NCBI GenBank assembly: GCA_964016885.1
Contig: OZ024743.1
Span: 99,820,001 to 99,884,000 of the forward strand
Source of the DNA: Eledone cirrhosa
Lineage: Eukaryota
DNA: 64,000 bases
Direction of reading: 5' to 3'
The stretch's first letter is position 1. Each line of letters opens with the position of its first letter. The position numbers were made by a program, and so were the translations under genes. Below are positions 36,821-50,011 of the stretch, piece by piece. The notes beneath the pieces were generated by a model. The model was given only the letters and a program-made list of their open reading frames with translations, ran no database searches and was not told the DNA's origin.

Positions 36821-39800
36821 GTAAGCCTTCACTAATTACAGGTTTCTGTGGAGGACAACAGTAAATATAGTGATGTAGTGTTTTATTTCCTAGTTACTGA
36901 TGACCCATAACTGTTGAACTGTTGTTTCCATGGTGCAAGTTAACAGGAAACAAACAGAAATCACTAACTAGAAAGCAGTGTAGTACATCTTCATTGTGAG
37001 CAGTTTTATTTTTAGTGCCTTTGTTCATTTAAGCTAGACACAAAAGAAAGCGAGAGACTTTAATTGCAAGTAACAACTCTTTCCCTAGTAATGTAACACC
37101 TAGGTTAGTGATTCATACAGTTATTTTATATAACAAAATTTACATCCATAATATTAGCAACATACTAACATCTAATCAGTGAAAGCTATCAATAACCAGT
37201 TTGTTTAATTTGGTCATCAAGTCTGATGTCTTATTAATTAGGCTACACTGACTTTCCTTCCTTCTACTATTATACTTTCATGTTCATCATCATCAACTAC
37301 AACACATCATTTCGAACATCTATTTTTAAAACTTCAGTGGATTATATGGGCTCTTGTTATGACCTTTCTTGTCAACTTGCTTGCCAATTATTTTCTATCA
37401 ATTTTCCCTTAGCCATGCTTTAGACACTAGCATTGATATTTCAAATAAATAAATAATAGAAAATAATAATAATAAATAAATAAATAAAATACTATAAAAA
37501 ACAAAATCAAAACCATATTTAAAAAAAAGAACAGGATATATTTTCATAAATAATGACAATGAATAATAAATTAGACTGCTACACACAACTGCATTATATG
37601 AGTATGTTTCTCATCAATATCATTATCATCATTAATCCAATACCCCTTTCCTAGTATGGATTAGGTGGATCAATATAACATTCTATTTTCACACATTTCT
37701 ATTCTGCATCATACTTTTCCTCCTGAAGTATGAGTTTTTAAGGTTCGTTTTTTATTTCCTGTTTCAAGTCTCTCTGTTGTTGTTGTTGTTTTTTTTGTCT
37801 CACTTGTACTTGTATTATTTGTAGTTGGTACCACACAGAAGCTCAAGTTTGCAAATTAATAGATCTGTGCCCATGACTAACTTTGTTATGGTGTACTCTC
37901 CTTCCAATCAAAATTTAGTCCATTATATTTACCCTATTAATATCAACATACCAAAGATTCCTCATTCATATTTCAATTAAAACCTTCATAAACCATTTTG
38001 ATATTACACCGCATGAAACCAACCCTTGTTTTACTATACAAGGTCGTTTATTTTAAAGACTTTATATTTATCTGTTTATCTTACATCATAATGTTTATCC
38101 TTTGTTAAGTTATACTCCAAACACCAGCTTAATAGTTACATTACAAAATCCCTCCAAAATTTTGATTATTTTCAAAATAATTTGAAGATCTTAGGCAGTA
38201 TAACTCTTTAGAAATATGGTAACAAAAAGGTTAAAAATGTATGAAAAAAAATTAAACTGTGTTTTAGATGTTTAACATCTTTCATCAATTCTTGCCTACA
38301 ACCACATTTCTGATGGTGCTAATAAAGAATAAAGATAAGCAAACATGTCATAATATATGGGTTTTTTTCAAATCCCATAACTTCTGATGGAGTCATAGAG
38401 GCACCATAGTGGCATACAACATTTCTTGGGTGTTCTTAAGCCTGGCAGAGCCCATTCCTCTCCAAGTCGGAACACAGCAGATTTCTTCCAGAGAAGGATA
38501 GAAAGTGAGAAAAAGACAGAAGAATCTACTCCAGTACCTACTGGTACTTTTTTTATCAACCTCAAAAGGATGAAAGGCAAAGTTAACTGTGGTGGGACTT
38601 GAACTCAGAGAGGAGAGAGCTGGAACAAATACCACAAAGCATTCTATCTGATGTTCTAATGCTTTGCCAATTTATTGCCTAAAATATATGTAGAAGGGAG
38701 ATATGTCTGTGTGGAAGGGTGTATAATCAATTGAATCAATCCAGTAGATTACAAGGAAGAACAGAAGAGTGCATCACTAACAGTATTGTCGTTGTTACAA
38801 CTCAAACTTATGTAGAGTTAACCTCCTATGAAGTTGCATCTCAGATGAGGTTTCTAAAGTGTTGTCATGCTTAAACCACTGTGATGATTTAGCAGGAAAT
38901 ATCTAAAATGGGTTTATTAATTCATTCATATATAGTATCTTTACTAGCGGACAGATAATTATGAACATTTGCAATATTAGAGTAAAGACTTTAATATTTA
39001 ATGTGATGCAGTCATAGTGATGTTGTATATTTTACAAGAATGTCATGCTAATGAGGTTTTGTGTGATTTGTTAATTCAAACGTTTATAGTAACTTTACTA
39101 GTGAACACATCATTGAAAAAATTTGTAATAAACTAAAGACTAACTTTTAATGTGATGCACTGTTTCGTACTTTGTACTTTTCAAGAATCTCGTGCAAATA
39201 TGGTTTTAAGTGGTACATGTTAAGAATTAAAGATAGAGACCTCTGTCATATTGGGACGACCTCACCTCCCTCATGAACTAGATGGCAGTCTATTAAAAGA
39301 GTTATCCCCAGCTGTTGCTGGTGCTGCTGGTTTCAGTGCATTTTGTTTTCAGCTGAATGGACTGGAACAATGTAAAATGAAGTATTTTGTTAAAAAACAT
39401 GTGCCACCTAGTCAAGGAATCAAACCCTTAACCTTTTGCTTGTGAGTCTAACACCCTAACAACTAGGCCTGCACCTTCACTATACTAACAGTAATTCACT
39501 TTCAATCATCTTTACATCATCTCTAGAAACTCCAAACCCTGAAACTAACCTAACTAGAGTGACCTTAGAAAGAAATAATACATGACAAACACTAATTAAA
39601 TTAAGAAAAACAAAAGAAAAGAAAAATGATATTATTTAATGTACCTTTTACATATCAACAGCAGCCACCATTGACTAGCAGGAGTTAAGATGGCAACATA
39701 GTGTGTAATACAGGAAATGTTGAAGATACACATCAATAAGATTATAACATCTGCCAGCTTACTTTCATTTTCTACCATATCATTGACACCAGAGATAATT

Positions 39801-40084
39801 TGATTTCTTGTATTTAATCAGTTTGATTGATATCAAATAAATTCGGTTTGCAAATCTAATTTAGGATTTTTAGAGTCACAAGGCAATTCCTGATGTGAAC
39901 TTTCTGTATCTACAATATTCCTATGTGAGTAAATTCAACTTATGAATGACAGAGGGATTCTAATGATTCTAATAATGCAAGAAGTTGTTTCCAAAATATA
40001 AAATGATTCTCATCATAACACTGAGGATTATGTGTGACAGTGTAACACACAGATACACATATGTGGGTGTTCTTGTAACCATAG

Positions 40085-40156
<72 letters not shown>

Positions 40157-40157
<1 letters not shown>

Positions 40158-40725
40158 TAAATCATGTCCTTAGAATTATTAGATAAAATATATACCATTT
40201 CCTCTCCCAATTAGCATAATTAACCATATAAAAAAATCAATTAGACCAGGCTATAAGAATAAAGGCTCCTATGAAGAAATATTTGATAAATAACCGAAAG
40301 CGGCCTCTTCGCGGTGACCCCAATAGAGTATTTACCCAACATTTCAACAGTATGTAGAAACTGACTAAATATACCGTCAACCATACACAATTAGGTGTAA
40401 ATTTAAACTTAGAAGAAACATGTACATACCGTAATTACATCTCTACCATGGTTTCATCCATTTTAGATATCATACTGTTAAGGATGAACCTAGAGTAACA
40501 GACTCATCAGGAGACAAACTCAATTGTACAGTTAATTTTCCAAAGCGATCGCGCCAAAAATAGATTAAAAAATGGCTAAGAATCGTGACATGGCAGTGGT
40601 CAATTTAGAAAGAATGTGATTAGTTGCTTATGGCGAGTAGGCTGGTTGCTAGAAAGCGCAGCCCAATATCGCCCAATTGCATCTCAACCCAACGGGAGAT
40701 TATTAAATATAAAGATTTACATATC
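40157..40725 (-). mobile_element. Penelope-like terminal-repeat or retrozyme-like fragment between (TA)n tracts
   Basis: Non-coding CpG-containing segment with a hammerhead motif, bounded by TA arrays. Family assignment is inferred from the ribozyme type. Confidence 0.5.
40439..40515 (-). ncRNA. Type I hammerhead ribozyme
   Basis: Minus strand reads gtctc-CTGATGA-gtctgtt...aatggat-GAAA-CCATGG-TA-gagat: intact core, helix I gtctc/gagat, wobble-rich helix II, palindromic helix III, GUA cleavage triplet. Confidence 0.7.
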
Positions 40726-40754
40726 TATAAAGTCACAGATATATATATGACAAC

Positions 40755-40807
<53 letters not shown>

Positions 40808-40826
40808 GATGTAACCATAGCTTATA

Positions 40827-40863
<37 letters not shown>

Positions 40864-41174
40864 GTGTGTATATATATATATATATACATACACATATGTG
40901 TGTGTGTGTGTGTGTGTGTATGCATGTAAACATACCTTATATATATATATATACACATATATATATGTGTGTTGTGTGTGTTAACATAGCTTATGTATAT
41001 ATATATATATGGCATGAAGGAACATTGAGAAAAGTACAAGAAAATAAAACAAGTACATAGTTATAGCTAGCATTTGAACGATAAGAGGAAATGGAAGTTA
41101 ACAGAAGTGGAACATCTATGTTATAAACAGGCGAAACTACAGAATAACAACACTCCCTATTTAGTCTTAATATA

Positions 41175-41590
41175 ATGGTTGCTGATTTAGGCACAAGGGC
41201 ACTAATTTGGGAGGAAGGAAAAGTCAAATAAATTTATCCCAATGCATTACTGGTACTTTATTTTATCGACCCCGTAAAAATGAAAGGCAAAGCTAACCTC
41301 GACAAGGTTTAAACTCAGATCATAAAGGGCCATAACTCTATGTTGCAAAGCATGGTGTCTGGCACTTTACTGATTCTGCCAATCCACCACCCTATATAAC
41401 TGTTTCTACTTTTGGCACAAGGCCAGCAATTACCCCAGTGTATTACTGATACTTTATTTTATCGACCCCGTAAGGATGAAAGCCAAAGTTAACCTCGGCG
41501 GGATTTGAACTCAGAATGGCAAGGGCCGTAACTCTATGCGTCAAAGCATGGCGTCCGACCCTCTACCGATACTGCCAATCCACCACCCTA
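41175..41590 (-). mobile_element. Two adjacent SINE family M copies (older 41175-41392, younger 41398-41586)
   Basis: Two cores; ccacc.cctata.aa is duplicated around the younger copy. Confidence 0.85.
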
Positions 41591-42059
41591 AACCACCCTA
41601 TATAATGAATATATATATATATATATATCATCCTCATCATTATCATTGTCATAGTTTTAACATCCACTTTCCCTGCAAGCCTGCTAGCAAGATATCAATA
41701 CTGTATAAAATACATGGCAAACTGGTGTGTACGTTCCTCCAAGTTTCCCAAAGTTATATGCCAGTTTACCATGTATTTTATACAGTATAGTTACGTCAGT
41801 TTTGTCAAAAACATGACAACCTTCCCTGTGCACTTGGTAGAACGTGACACCATACATAAGCAAGACAACAGATCCTTGGCTTGTCTGAGAGATTAGTAGC
41901 CACCTCTTCAGTACTGACTTAGTCTATGTAGACCCATTCAACACTTGCTTGTAGGGAAAGCAGATGTTAAAATGTTGATGATGATCTCTATGATAACGTA
42001 TTGTGGACTCTTTCTTTAGTGATTACAACCATACATTCAGGCAACAATATATATATATA

Positions 42060-42290
42060 TGATGTCATCTGGTGTACCACAGGGATCTGTTCTTGACCCC
42101 TTTCGTTTGTGGCATATATTAATGACATAGATGCCAACTTAAAGAATGCCACAGTACTAAAGTACGCAGATGACATCAAGCTATACCTTGAGATAAAAAG
42201 GACAGATCCTGAACACTATAGATCTTGCTTGCAGTCTGACCTGGACACAATGCAACAATAGATCTCAGACTGGCAACTCAAGCTAGCTGT
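42060..42290 (+). mobile_element. CR1-clade RT fragment
   Basis: SGVPQGSVL*PL.F..YINDI...KYADDIKLY...LQSDLD...W.LKL. Confidence 0.8.
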
Positions 42291-43473
42291 TTTTTGTTAA
42301 GAGGTGCCTACTGACTGTAGGTTTCGCTTTGTACTTAGGCAAGGCGGGTCTTCTGTATTACTGTGTAGCACCAAAGATCTCAGTCCAGTGACATTGTCTT
42401 GGAGAGGTGTAAGTGTGTGAGGTCGGAATTTATCAAGTCGTCCCAGGTTTTTCTGGGTCTGCCTACTCCGTGGCTACCATCTATTTTTATTACCCTGCAC
42501 TTTTTTATACAGCTGTCGTCTTTCATAAGCATCACGTGACCATACCAACGTAGTCTTCTCTCGAGTAAACAACATCTGATCCCTCTTATTCCTAATTTCT
42601 CCCTTAGTTCATTAATGCTTTGCCGTTCACGTATATTACTATTACACATCCAACGGAGCATGCAAGCTTCGTTCCTCTCCAGTCTGCGTATATCCTCTGC
42701 ACACAATGCCCAAGTCTCACTGCCATGCAGGCATCATACAGCCTGCCTTTCATTTTTAGAGAGAACCCTTTAGCGGCCAATAGTGGTATAAGCTCTCTGA
42801 ACTTTTTCCATCCCGTTCTGACTCTAGCTACTGTACTTTCAGAGCACCCTTTACCACTGCTGATTTTGTCACCCAGGTAATGGAAGGTGTCCACTATTTC
42901 TATAGAACCATCTGTGCAATGGAATGAGCTAGTATTCTGTGGGCACTTGCTGCTACTTATTGCACCTGAGCACCGGCCACATATAAAATCTATATTCTTA
43001 GTTAGCTTACTTGTGATCCCACTACATCTTTTATGCACCCATACTTTGCATTTGGGACATAAAATGGAGTTTCTGCCTACTCCTTTCCTACACACTGAGC
43101 ATGGCCATTTCCCAGATGGGACCAGTGCCCTATTTTCCTTCCTACAAACTAGAACTTTAGTCTTAGACAGGTTAATTTTAAGGCCTTTTGATTCTAGGCC
43201 ATGCTTCCATGTTTGGAATTTCTTCTCTAGTTCAGCCATTGATTCAGCTATGAGCGTTAGATTATCTGCGTATAGGAGTTCACATGGGCAGCCGGTCTTG
43301 AACTCCTCTGTTATAGCCTGAAGGGCAATAATAAATAGTAGGGGGCTAAGGACGGAGCTCTGATGAACACCAAGTTTTACACTAAACTCTTCACTATATT
43401 CGTTGTTAATTCTAACCTTGCTGACTGTTTCTTTATACATGGCTTGTATAGCTCTCACAAGCCATTCATCAAC
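42291..43473 (-). mobile_element. RTE family C (RT, PHD-like finger, C-terminus), running into the gap
   Basis: 284-aa ORF GVHQSSVLSPLLF...ELLYADNL...FHYLG, plus a 108-aa C-terminal frame. Confidence 0.9.
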
Positions 43474-43673
43474 NNNNNNNNNNNNNNNNNNNNNNNNNNN
43501 NNNNNNNNNNNNNNNNNNNNNNNNNNNNNNNNNNNNNNNNNNNNNNNNNNNNNNNNNNNNNNNNNNNNNNNNNNNNNNNNNNNNNNNNNNNNNNNNNNNN
43601 NNNNNNNNNNNNNNNNNNNNNNNNNNNNNNNNNNNNNNNNNNNNNNNNNNNNNNNNNNNNNNNNNNNNNNNNN
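43474..43673. other. Assembly gap (200 N)
   Basis: N run. Confidence 1.
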
Positions 43674-43763
43674 ACTCTGGAAAACCTTTTTCTAGTTGAG
43701 TGCTTCCAATCTATTGTAAAACTCATTCTTTGATGTATTCATTGAACCTTGTTTAACTTTTAA

Positions 43764-43820
<57 letters not shown>

Positions 43821-43968
43821 CATATTATATTATATTATATCATATTATACAGAAATGACTTCTACAGATCTAGAACTGTTTCAGTTATATGCATCACAGT
43901 ATTCTTCCATAATATGACCACATACAATATATGCCATATCTGACTTGACCCGAGTTTCACCAGTTTAA

Positions 43969-44132
43969 CCCTTTAACATTTACATTACTCTATATTTACT
44001 ATTATATTTTCATGGTAAAGCTTTACCTCACATAATTATCTCACATTGGTATGAGTAGCTGGTTACAGCCAGTTTGAACAGAAAGATGTGAGAAAATTCT
44101 GGCCAGATATGGTCGGTTTAAATGCTAAAGGG
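43969..44132 (+). mobile_element. MITE family P1, unexpanded
   Basis: TTAA|ccctttaacattta...taaatgctaaaggg|TTAA. Confidence 0.85.
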
Positions 44133-44369
44133 TTAAAACAAAATGCAATAAATTTTAAGTCTTGAAATTTCACCATGAGCATAATATACAAGAAAACCCA
44201 TACTCCATATACCATGTAGCAATAACCCTGTAAATGTAGATTGACAAATTTATTTAATTATGTAATGTCACATTGGTACCTGATTCCATTGAGAGTTTAA
44301 GAAAAGCTTCAATCATGAACTACATCTATAACTGTTAGGATAAACTCATTGTGCATTTTCCCTGTTGTA

Positions 44370-44490
44370 CGAGGGTAGGCTGAAAAGTTCATAGACTAAC
44401 TATGAAGGACTGATGCTAGTGTTGTGAAATCTTGCATTTCATTTCATGGGAGTATCTTGGTCAGCCTATGAACCTTTCAGCTGACCCTTG
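44370..44490. mobile_element. Mariner-type MITE
   Basis: TA|cgagggtaggctgaaaagttcatagactaac...gtcagcctatgaacctttcagctgacccttg|TA, with ~30-bp TIRs. Confidence 0.8.
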
Positions 44491-44689
44491 TAAAAATACC
44501 CCTACAAATACTGATGATACTAATAAAACATTTTTCTTCTCCCCAATCACTACTTTTCACATATTTCTACATTCATAAGTTCACCACATGAACCCTCATG
44601 AGAAATGTTCATGGAAATTCTGTTAATGGAGAAACAGAGTATCTATTGAATTTTTTCTATATAAATATTCATAAGTGAAATCAAAACAA

Positions 44690-44903
44690 GATTTTATGGG
44701 CAAAACCAATTGGCAGGAGACCCAGGGGTAGACCACAAGCAATATGGTTGGATAACACCCATGAGTTTGGCTAATTTCACTTGGAAATCCTGTCAGATCA
44801 GTTGGAGTCAGTTGCTTCTGACAGAACCTGCTGGGGGGAGTGTTTGAAGACTCTGCCTCCATGACCCTCTTGGGAATAAGTGGGAAGAGAAGAAGAGAAG
44901 AAG
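44690..44903 (+). mobile_element. Old RTE-clade 3' end
   Basis: GRRPRGRPQAIWLDN...VASDRTCW...LPP*PS followed by (gaa)n. Confidence 0.6.
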
Positions 44904-45049
44904 GTATGTGAAATCAGCAATTCCTACCAAGTTGTTTTCAGTGAGTAACTAAGTAAAACCAACCATTGTATATAAACAAACTTCAAATAAAATATCTGTT
45001 GCCTGAGGATGAGGAATGAAGACCATTGAGTACTCAGCTTTGAATAACT

Positions 45050-45171
45050 ATATTATACATATACACACAAGTGTATAAATCAACATACATATACGTGTGT
45101 GTGTGTCTACATATATGCCTATATATGTGTGTATATATATATATATATAGAGAGAGAGCGAGAGACACCTA

Positions 45172-45212
<41 letters not shown>

Positions 45213-45255
45213 CTATATATACATATATATATATATATACACACATATATATACC

Positions 45256-45307
<52 letters not shown>

Positions 45308-45313
45308 TATACC

Positions 45314-45387
<74 letters not shown>

Positions 45388-45390
45388 CAC
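45050..45390. repeat. Compound (TA)/(CA) microsatellite
   Basis: Direct reading. Confidence 0.9.
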
Positions 45391-47441
45391 ATGCAGTGTT
45401 TGAATCTATTGCCACATATGTATGCACACACACACACTTACACAGCCCTATACACACACTCACTCTCCAACACAGAAAATAAGACAATTTAAGGTTCTAT
45501 ACAAACTGAGCAGCCTAGTCAGCTTACATTCTATTTAAGCTTTTCCTATTTTTGTCAATAGCCAAAGCAGACACCTCTTGTCATCGATATTCTATCTTTT
45601 GCCTCTGCTCCACCCACACCGACTCAGATCAATTTTCACTTTCCTACTATACCATGTATCAATCATTACAATGACAAGCTAAAATTCTTTCTTCCTGGTG
45701 CTGCAATCCTGACACTCATCCTGTTATTCAACAGCCACTGCTATTCTCATACACAAACGAACTGAGAGATAGGGGGAGAGGAGAGATAAAGAGGGAAAAG
45801 GAGGGTGGGGGGGGGGGTATTACCTTTCCATTTACACTGCAATAATATTTTCGGTTACATTTTAAAAGGAAGTTTAAGTTGTACATAAAGCTTAAAATAT
45901 GAATACTGTTTACATCTATAAATAGGTGTGTATGTGTGTGAGGGTAGGTCTGTTAGGTTTGGCCTGATGGTTAACAAGTTTGCTTTGCAATCATTAGCTC
46001 CCTGGTTCGATCCCAATATGTGGTACCTTCTAATGTAGCCTTGAGTAAACACAAGTCCTGAAAGTGAAACTGTAGAACCCCATTAGATGGGCTGTGGAAT
46101 GGACCTCCATCAGTTTCGACAATGAATGTTCCAGTTATTTAATCAACTGAATCCCCAGTTCATGAAATTAAAATGTAAGTAGCTGAGCATTCCACAGACA
46201 CGTGTATCCTTAACATAATTCTCAAGGATATTCAGCATGACATATTGTGACAAGGCTAGCTCTTTGAATTAAACATATAATAAATCCAACAGGCTTCCAA
46301 ACAGTTTCTTCCTACCCAGTTTCCCTCACTGCATCCATAGTATCAAAGAACAGATCATCTGAAAATGAATGTTTTGGATCTTAAAAGTTCAATAAAGGTC
46401 TACAATTCTAGTGCAAATGCCAGGAAGAAGCACCTCAAAAGCTGCAGCTATTTAACCTATTTACAGTGGTTCTTAGGCACTCTTTGTTTAGTTTAATCAT
46501 TTTTATTATTATTATGACCCATCAATGAAGCAATTTCAGATACGATTACAAACCAAAAATTGCTTTGAAGAAGAAGTTAGCTAGATTCATGTTTTCTTGT
46601 ATGTATTTTTGTTTCTACTAAATTATGTGGCTCAGATGTTCCCAATTATTAATTATTTTTAAGCTAAGAATAGGTCTTCAGATTGAAAAGATTCCACACC
46701 CTTGCTCTAGTATATGTGATATATACATATGTATGTATAAATAAACATAATATATAAATTATTACTACATAGCAAGGAATGATAATACTAAGTTTTAAAA
46801 TTCCTTGGTGAAATATATATATATATATATATATATCACGTATATATATATATATATATATATAGCTGATCTTTACCCTAGGCATCACTGATGCCTTGCA
46901 GAAAGGCATTAACATCACAGAATCTAACTTCCTTTGATTATTATTTCTCATTTCTAAGTAAAAATAATAATTTTCATTAATTTCAGTATAAAACATGAGG
47001 TAAAAAACACCTTTATGTAAGTAAAGTTCATGAGCAAAGATGTAAAAATATTACACAAAATGAAGAAGTCAGCTTTATAACATAGACATGTAATAAGTGA
47101 TGTGGTCACCCAGTAAACAATAGATAGTTGGTTCGTCCTATATTTCTGATAAAATGCACCCAAGGTAATCTGTAAAGTGATAGTCACAGTGTAACAATAA
47201 TGAAACCACTACATTAGAAATGGTAGAGATATTGTCACAATGAAATGCACCCAGTGCACTATGTGAAGTGAATAACATTATGAAGGGTGATGATGATAAT
47301 GCAGTTATGAAATTAAACATCAAATAGTTAATATATTGTTAAGTAGCACCCCAACCACCACCATCAACATTTTAAGAAACAAAAACAAAAATAAAATAGA
47401 TTTTAAAATGTCAAATTAATAATTAATGAAAATCCCAAAGC

Positions 47442-48811
47442 ATACTGAGTCTCTCTTTAATCCCAAACCTTACTTAGTCCAAATACTGAGTCTATCTTTA
47501 ATCCCAAACCCTACTTAGTCCAAATACTGAGTCTCTCTTTAATCCCAAACCTTATCTAGTCCAAATACTGAGTCTGTCTTAAATCCCAAACCTTATCTAG
47601 TCCAAATACTGAGTCTGTCTTTAATCCCAAACCTTACTTAGTCCAAATATGGTGTCTGTCTTTAATCCCAAACCATACTTAGTCAAAATACTGAGTCTGT
47701 CTTTAATCCCAAACCTTACTTAGTCCAAATACTGAGTCTGTCTTTAATCCAAAACCATACTTAGTCCAAATACTGAGTCTGTCTTTAATCCCAAACATTA
47801 CTTAGCCCAAATACTGAGTCTGTCTTTAATCCCAAACCTTATCTAGTCCAAATACTGAGTCTGTCTTTAATCCCAAACCTTACCTAGTCCAAATACTGAG
47901 TCTGTCTTTAATCCCAAACCATACTTAGTCCAAATACTGAGTCTCTCTTTAATCCCAAACCTTACTTAGTCCAAATACTGAGTCTCTCTTTAATCCCAAA
48001 CCTTACCTAGTCCAAATACTGAGTCTGTCTTTAATCCCAAACCATACTTAGTCCAAATACTGAGTCTCTCTTTAATCCCAAACCTTACTTAGTCCAAATA
48101 CTGAGTCTGTCTTTAATCCCAAACCTTATCTAGTCCAAATGCTGAGTCTGTCTTTAATTCCAAACCTTACTTAGTCCAAATACTGAGTCTATCTTTAATC
48201 CCAAACCTTACTTAGTCCAAATACTGAGTCTGTCTTTAATCCCAAACCTTATCTAGTCCAAATACTGAGTCTGTCTTTAATCCCAAACCTTACTTAGTCC
48301 AAATACTGAGTCTATATTTAATCCCAAACCTTACTTAGTCCAAATACTGAGTCTATCTTTAATCCCAAACTTTACTTAGTCCAAATACTGAATCTGTCTT
48401 TAATCCCAAACCTTATGTAGTCCAAATACTGAGTCTCTCTTTAATCCCAAACCTTACTTAGTCCAAATACTGAGTCTATCTTTAATCCCAAACCTTACTT
48501 AGTCCAAATACTGAATCTGTCTTTAATCCCAAACCTTACTTAGTCCAAATACTGAGTCTATCTTTAATCCCAAACCTTACTTAGTCCAAATACTGAGTCT
48601 GTCTTTAATCCCAAACCTTATCTAGTCCAAATACTGAGTCTGTCTTTAATCCCAAACCTTACGTAGTCCAAATACTGAGTCTGTCTTTAATCCCAAACCT
48701 TATCTAGTCCAAATACTGAGTCTGTCTTTAATCCCAAACCATACTTAGTCCAAATACTGAGTCTGTCTTTAATCCCAAACCTTACGTAGTCCAAATACTG
48801 AGTCTATCTTT
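47442..48811. repeat. 41-bp minisatellite, about 33 copies
   Basis: Unit aatactgagtctgtctttaatcccaaaccttacttagtcca; variation is concentrated at a few positions. Confidence 0.97.
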
Positions 48812-48889
48812 TTATTTATTTATTTTTCTCTATATTTAATTTTTTCTTTCTCTTTTTGTAAAGAGAAATTTACATTTTAAATATTTGAC

Positions 48890-49250
48890 TTGTACTCTAC
48901 CTCCAGCCTTGTCACTTCCGCTGTGACCTTGGCACCACCGTCTGCAATGCAGGGGAGGGTAAGATAACTAAATACCAAGGCTTCCTTTTTGTACTGGTTG
49001 TTGTCAAGACCCCAGATGTCCACCGGCCTTGCACTACCAATTTCCTCATCAGCCTGCCCTGTGAGGAGAGATGGCTGTTGCAGCAAGTGTAACTGACCAT
49101 TCTCAGTAGCAATGTCTGCTAAATAACCCCTCAGACTGAGGTGCAGGATTTATCTCCCCCCCCCCCCCTCCCTTTCTTCTGTTGCTTAATTCTCTTTTTA
49201 CTTTTTCTGCTTTCCCTTTCTTTTTTGTTTTTGGTTCATTTAAATATTAT
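48890..49250 (+). mobile_element. Degraded 3' end of a probable L1-like element
   Basis: Homologous to the minus strand of 56880-57230 (ctgccctgtgagg.gag..gg.tgttgcag); followed by C-rich and T-rich UTR-like sequence. Confidence 0.4.
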
Positions 49251-50011
49251 TTTAAATTGAAAAATCCATATACTTTACAGAAGGAAATATAGGCAGTTGG
49301 TTTTGTATGTGGATATATATATATACACACACAAGCATACTCACACAAACAAATAAGCACACCTACACCCACACACCAACATGCAAACACACCCACACAT
49401 ATACACACGCCCATACATACACACATACAAGCCCACACTCAAAAGCATACACACACTCATACAAACAAGAAACGAACAGCAGTTATTTTTTGTATCTGTT
49501 TAACAAGAATACAAAATCACAACCCTCTGCAGATGAAAAGAGAGCAGGTGCAACCTGTGAAACATTGCGTACTGATAGTTTTACTTTTTCTATACAAGAA
49601 AAAACAACTTCTGTGATCACCAGATTAATATGTACTCTGCTGTAATCCAAAATATGTGAAAGTCTAATGGATTTTAAAGTGACTCAATGCCTGTGAACAA
49701 TTGGCCATTGTCAACAAAAATTCAAGCAGAATATGATTTCGTTTAACAGCTCCTCAAAAAGGCAGATAATTAGTTAATGGTCTGAGAACATTTTTTCAGT
49801 CAATAGATGACTAAGTTATACTGCATCGACACTTGAAGAAATGGAACAATAAGAAATGGAACTGCATGAGAAAGCTGTGGAACAAATAAATGAAACGAGC
49901 CAAAGAAATGAAGTGTAAATATTAAACACAACTTTTTCTTTCTTCTTCCAGCAATCTCACTTTTGACACTAGAACTGCTCAAAAACAATAACAAATGACA
50001 ATAATAATAAA

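Noticed and set aside
39645-39960. Minus-strand exon ending at AAAG|gtacat
   Set aside because: Stops in all frames upstream, no convincing acceptor and no partner exons.
43363-43726. ORFs spanning the N run
   Set aside because: Artefacts of the assembly gap.
43855-43960. Minus-strand GAAAcag...ctgTA half-hammerhead
   Set aside because: No CTGANGA box or matching helix II found upstream.
47442-48811. CRISPR-like appearance of the 41-bp array (also the 42-bp and 77-bp arrays)
   Set aside because: Units are contiguous with no unique spacers, there are no cas genes, and the context is eukaryotic.
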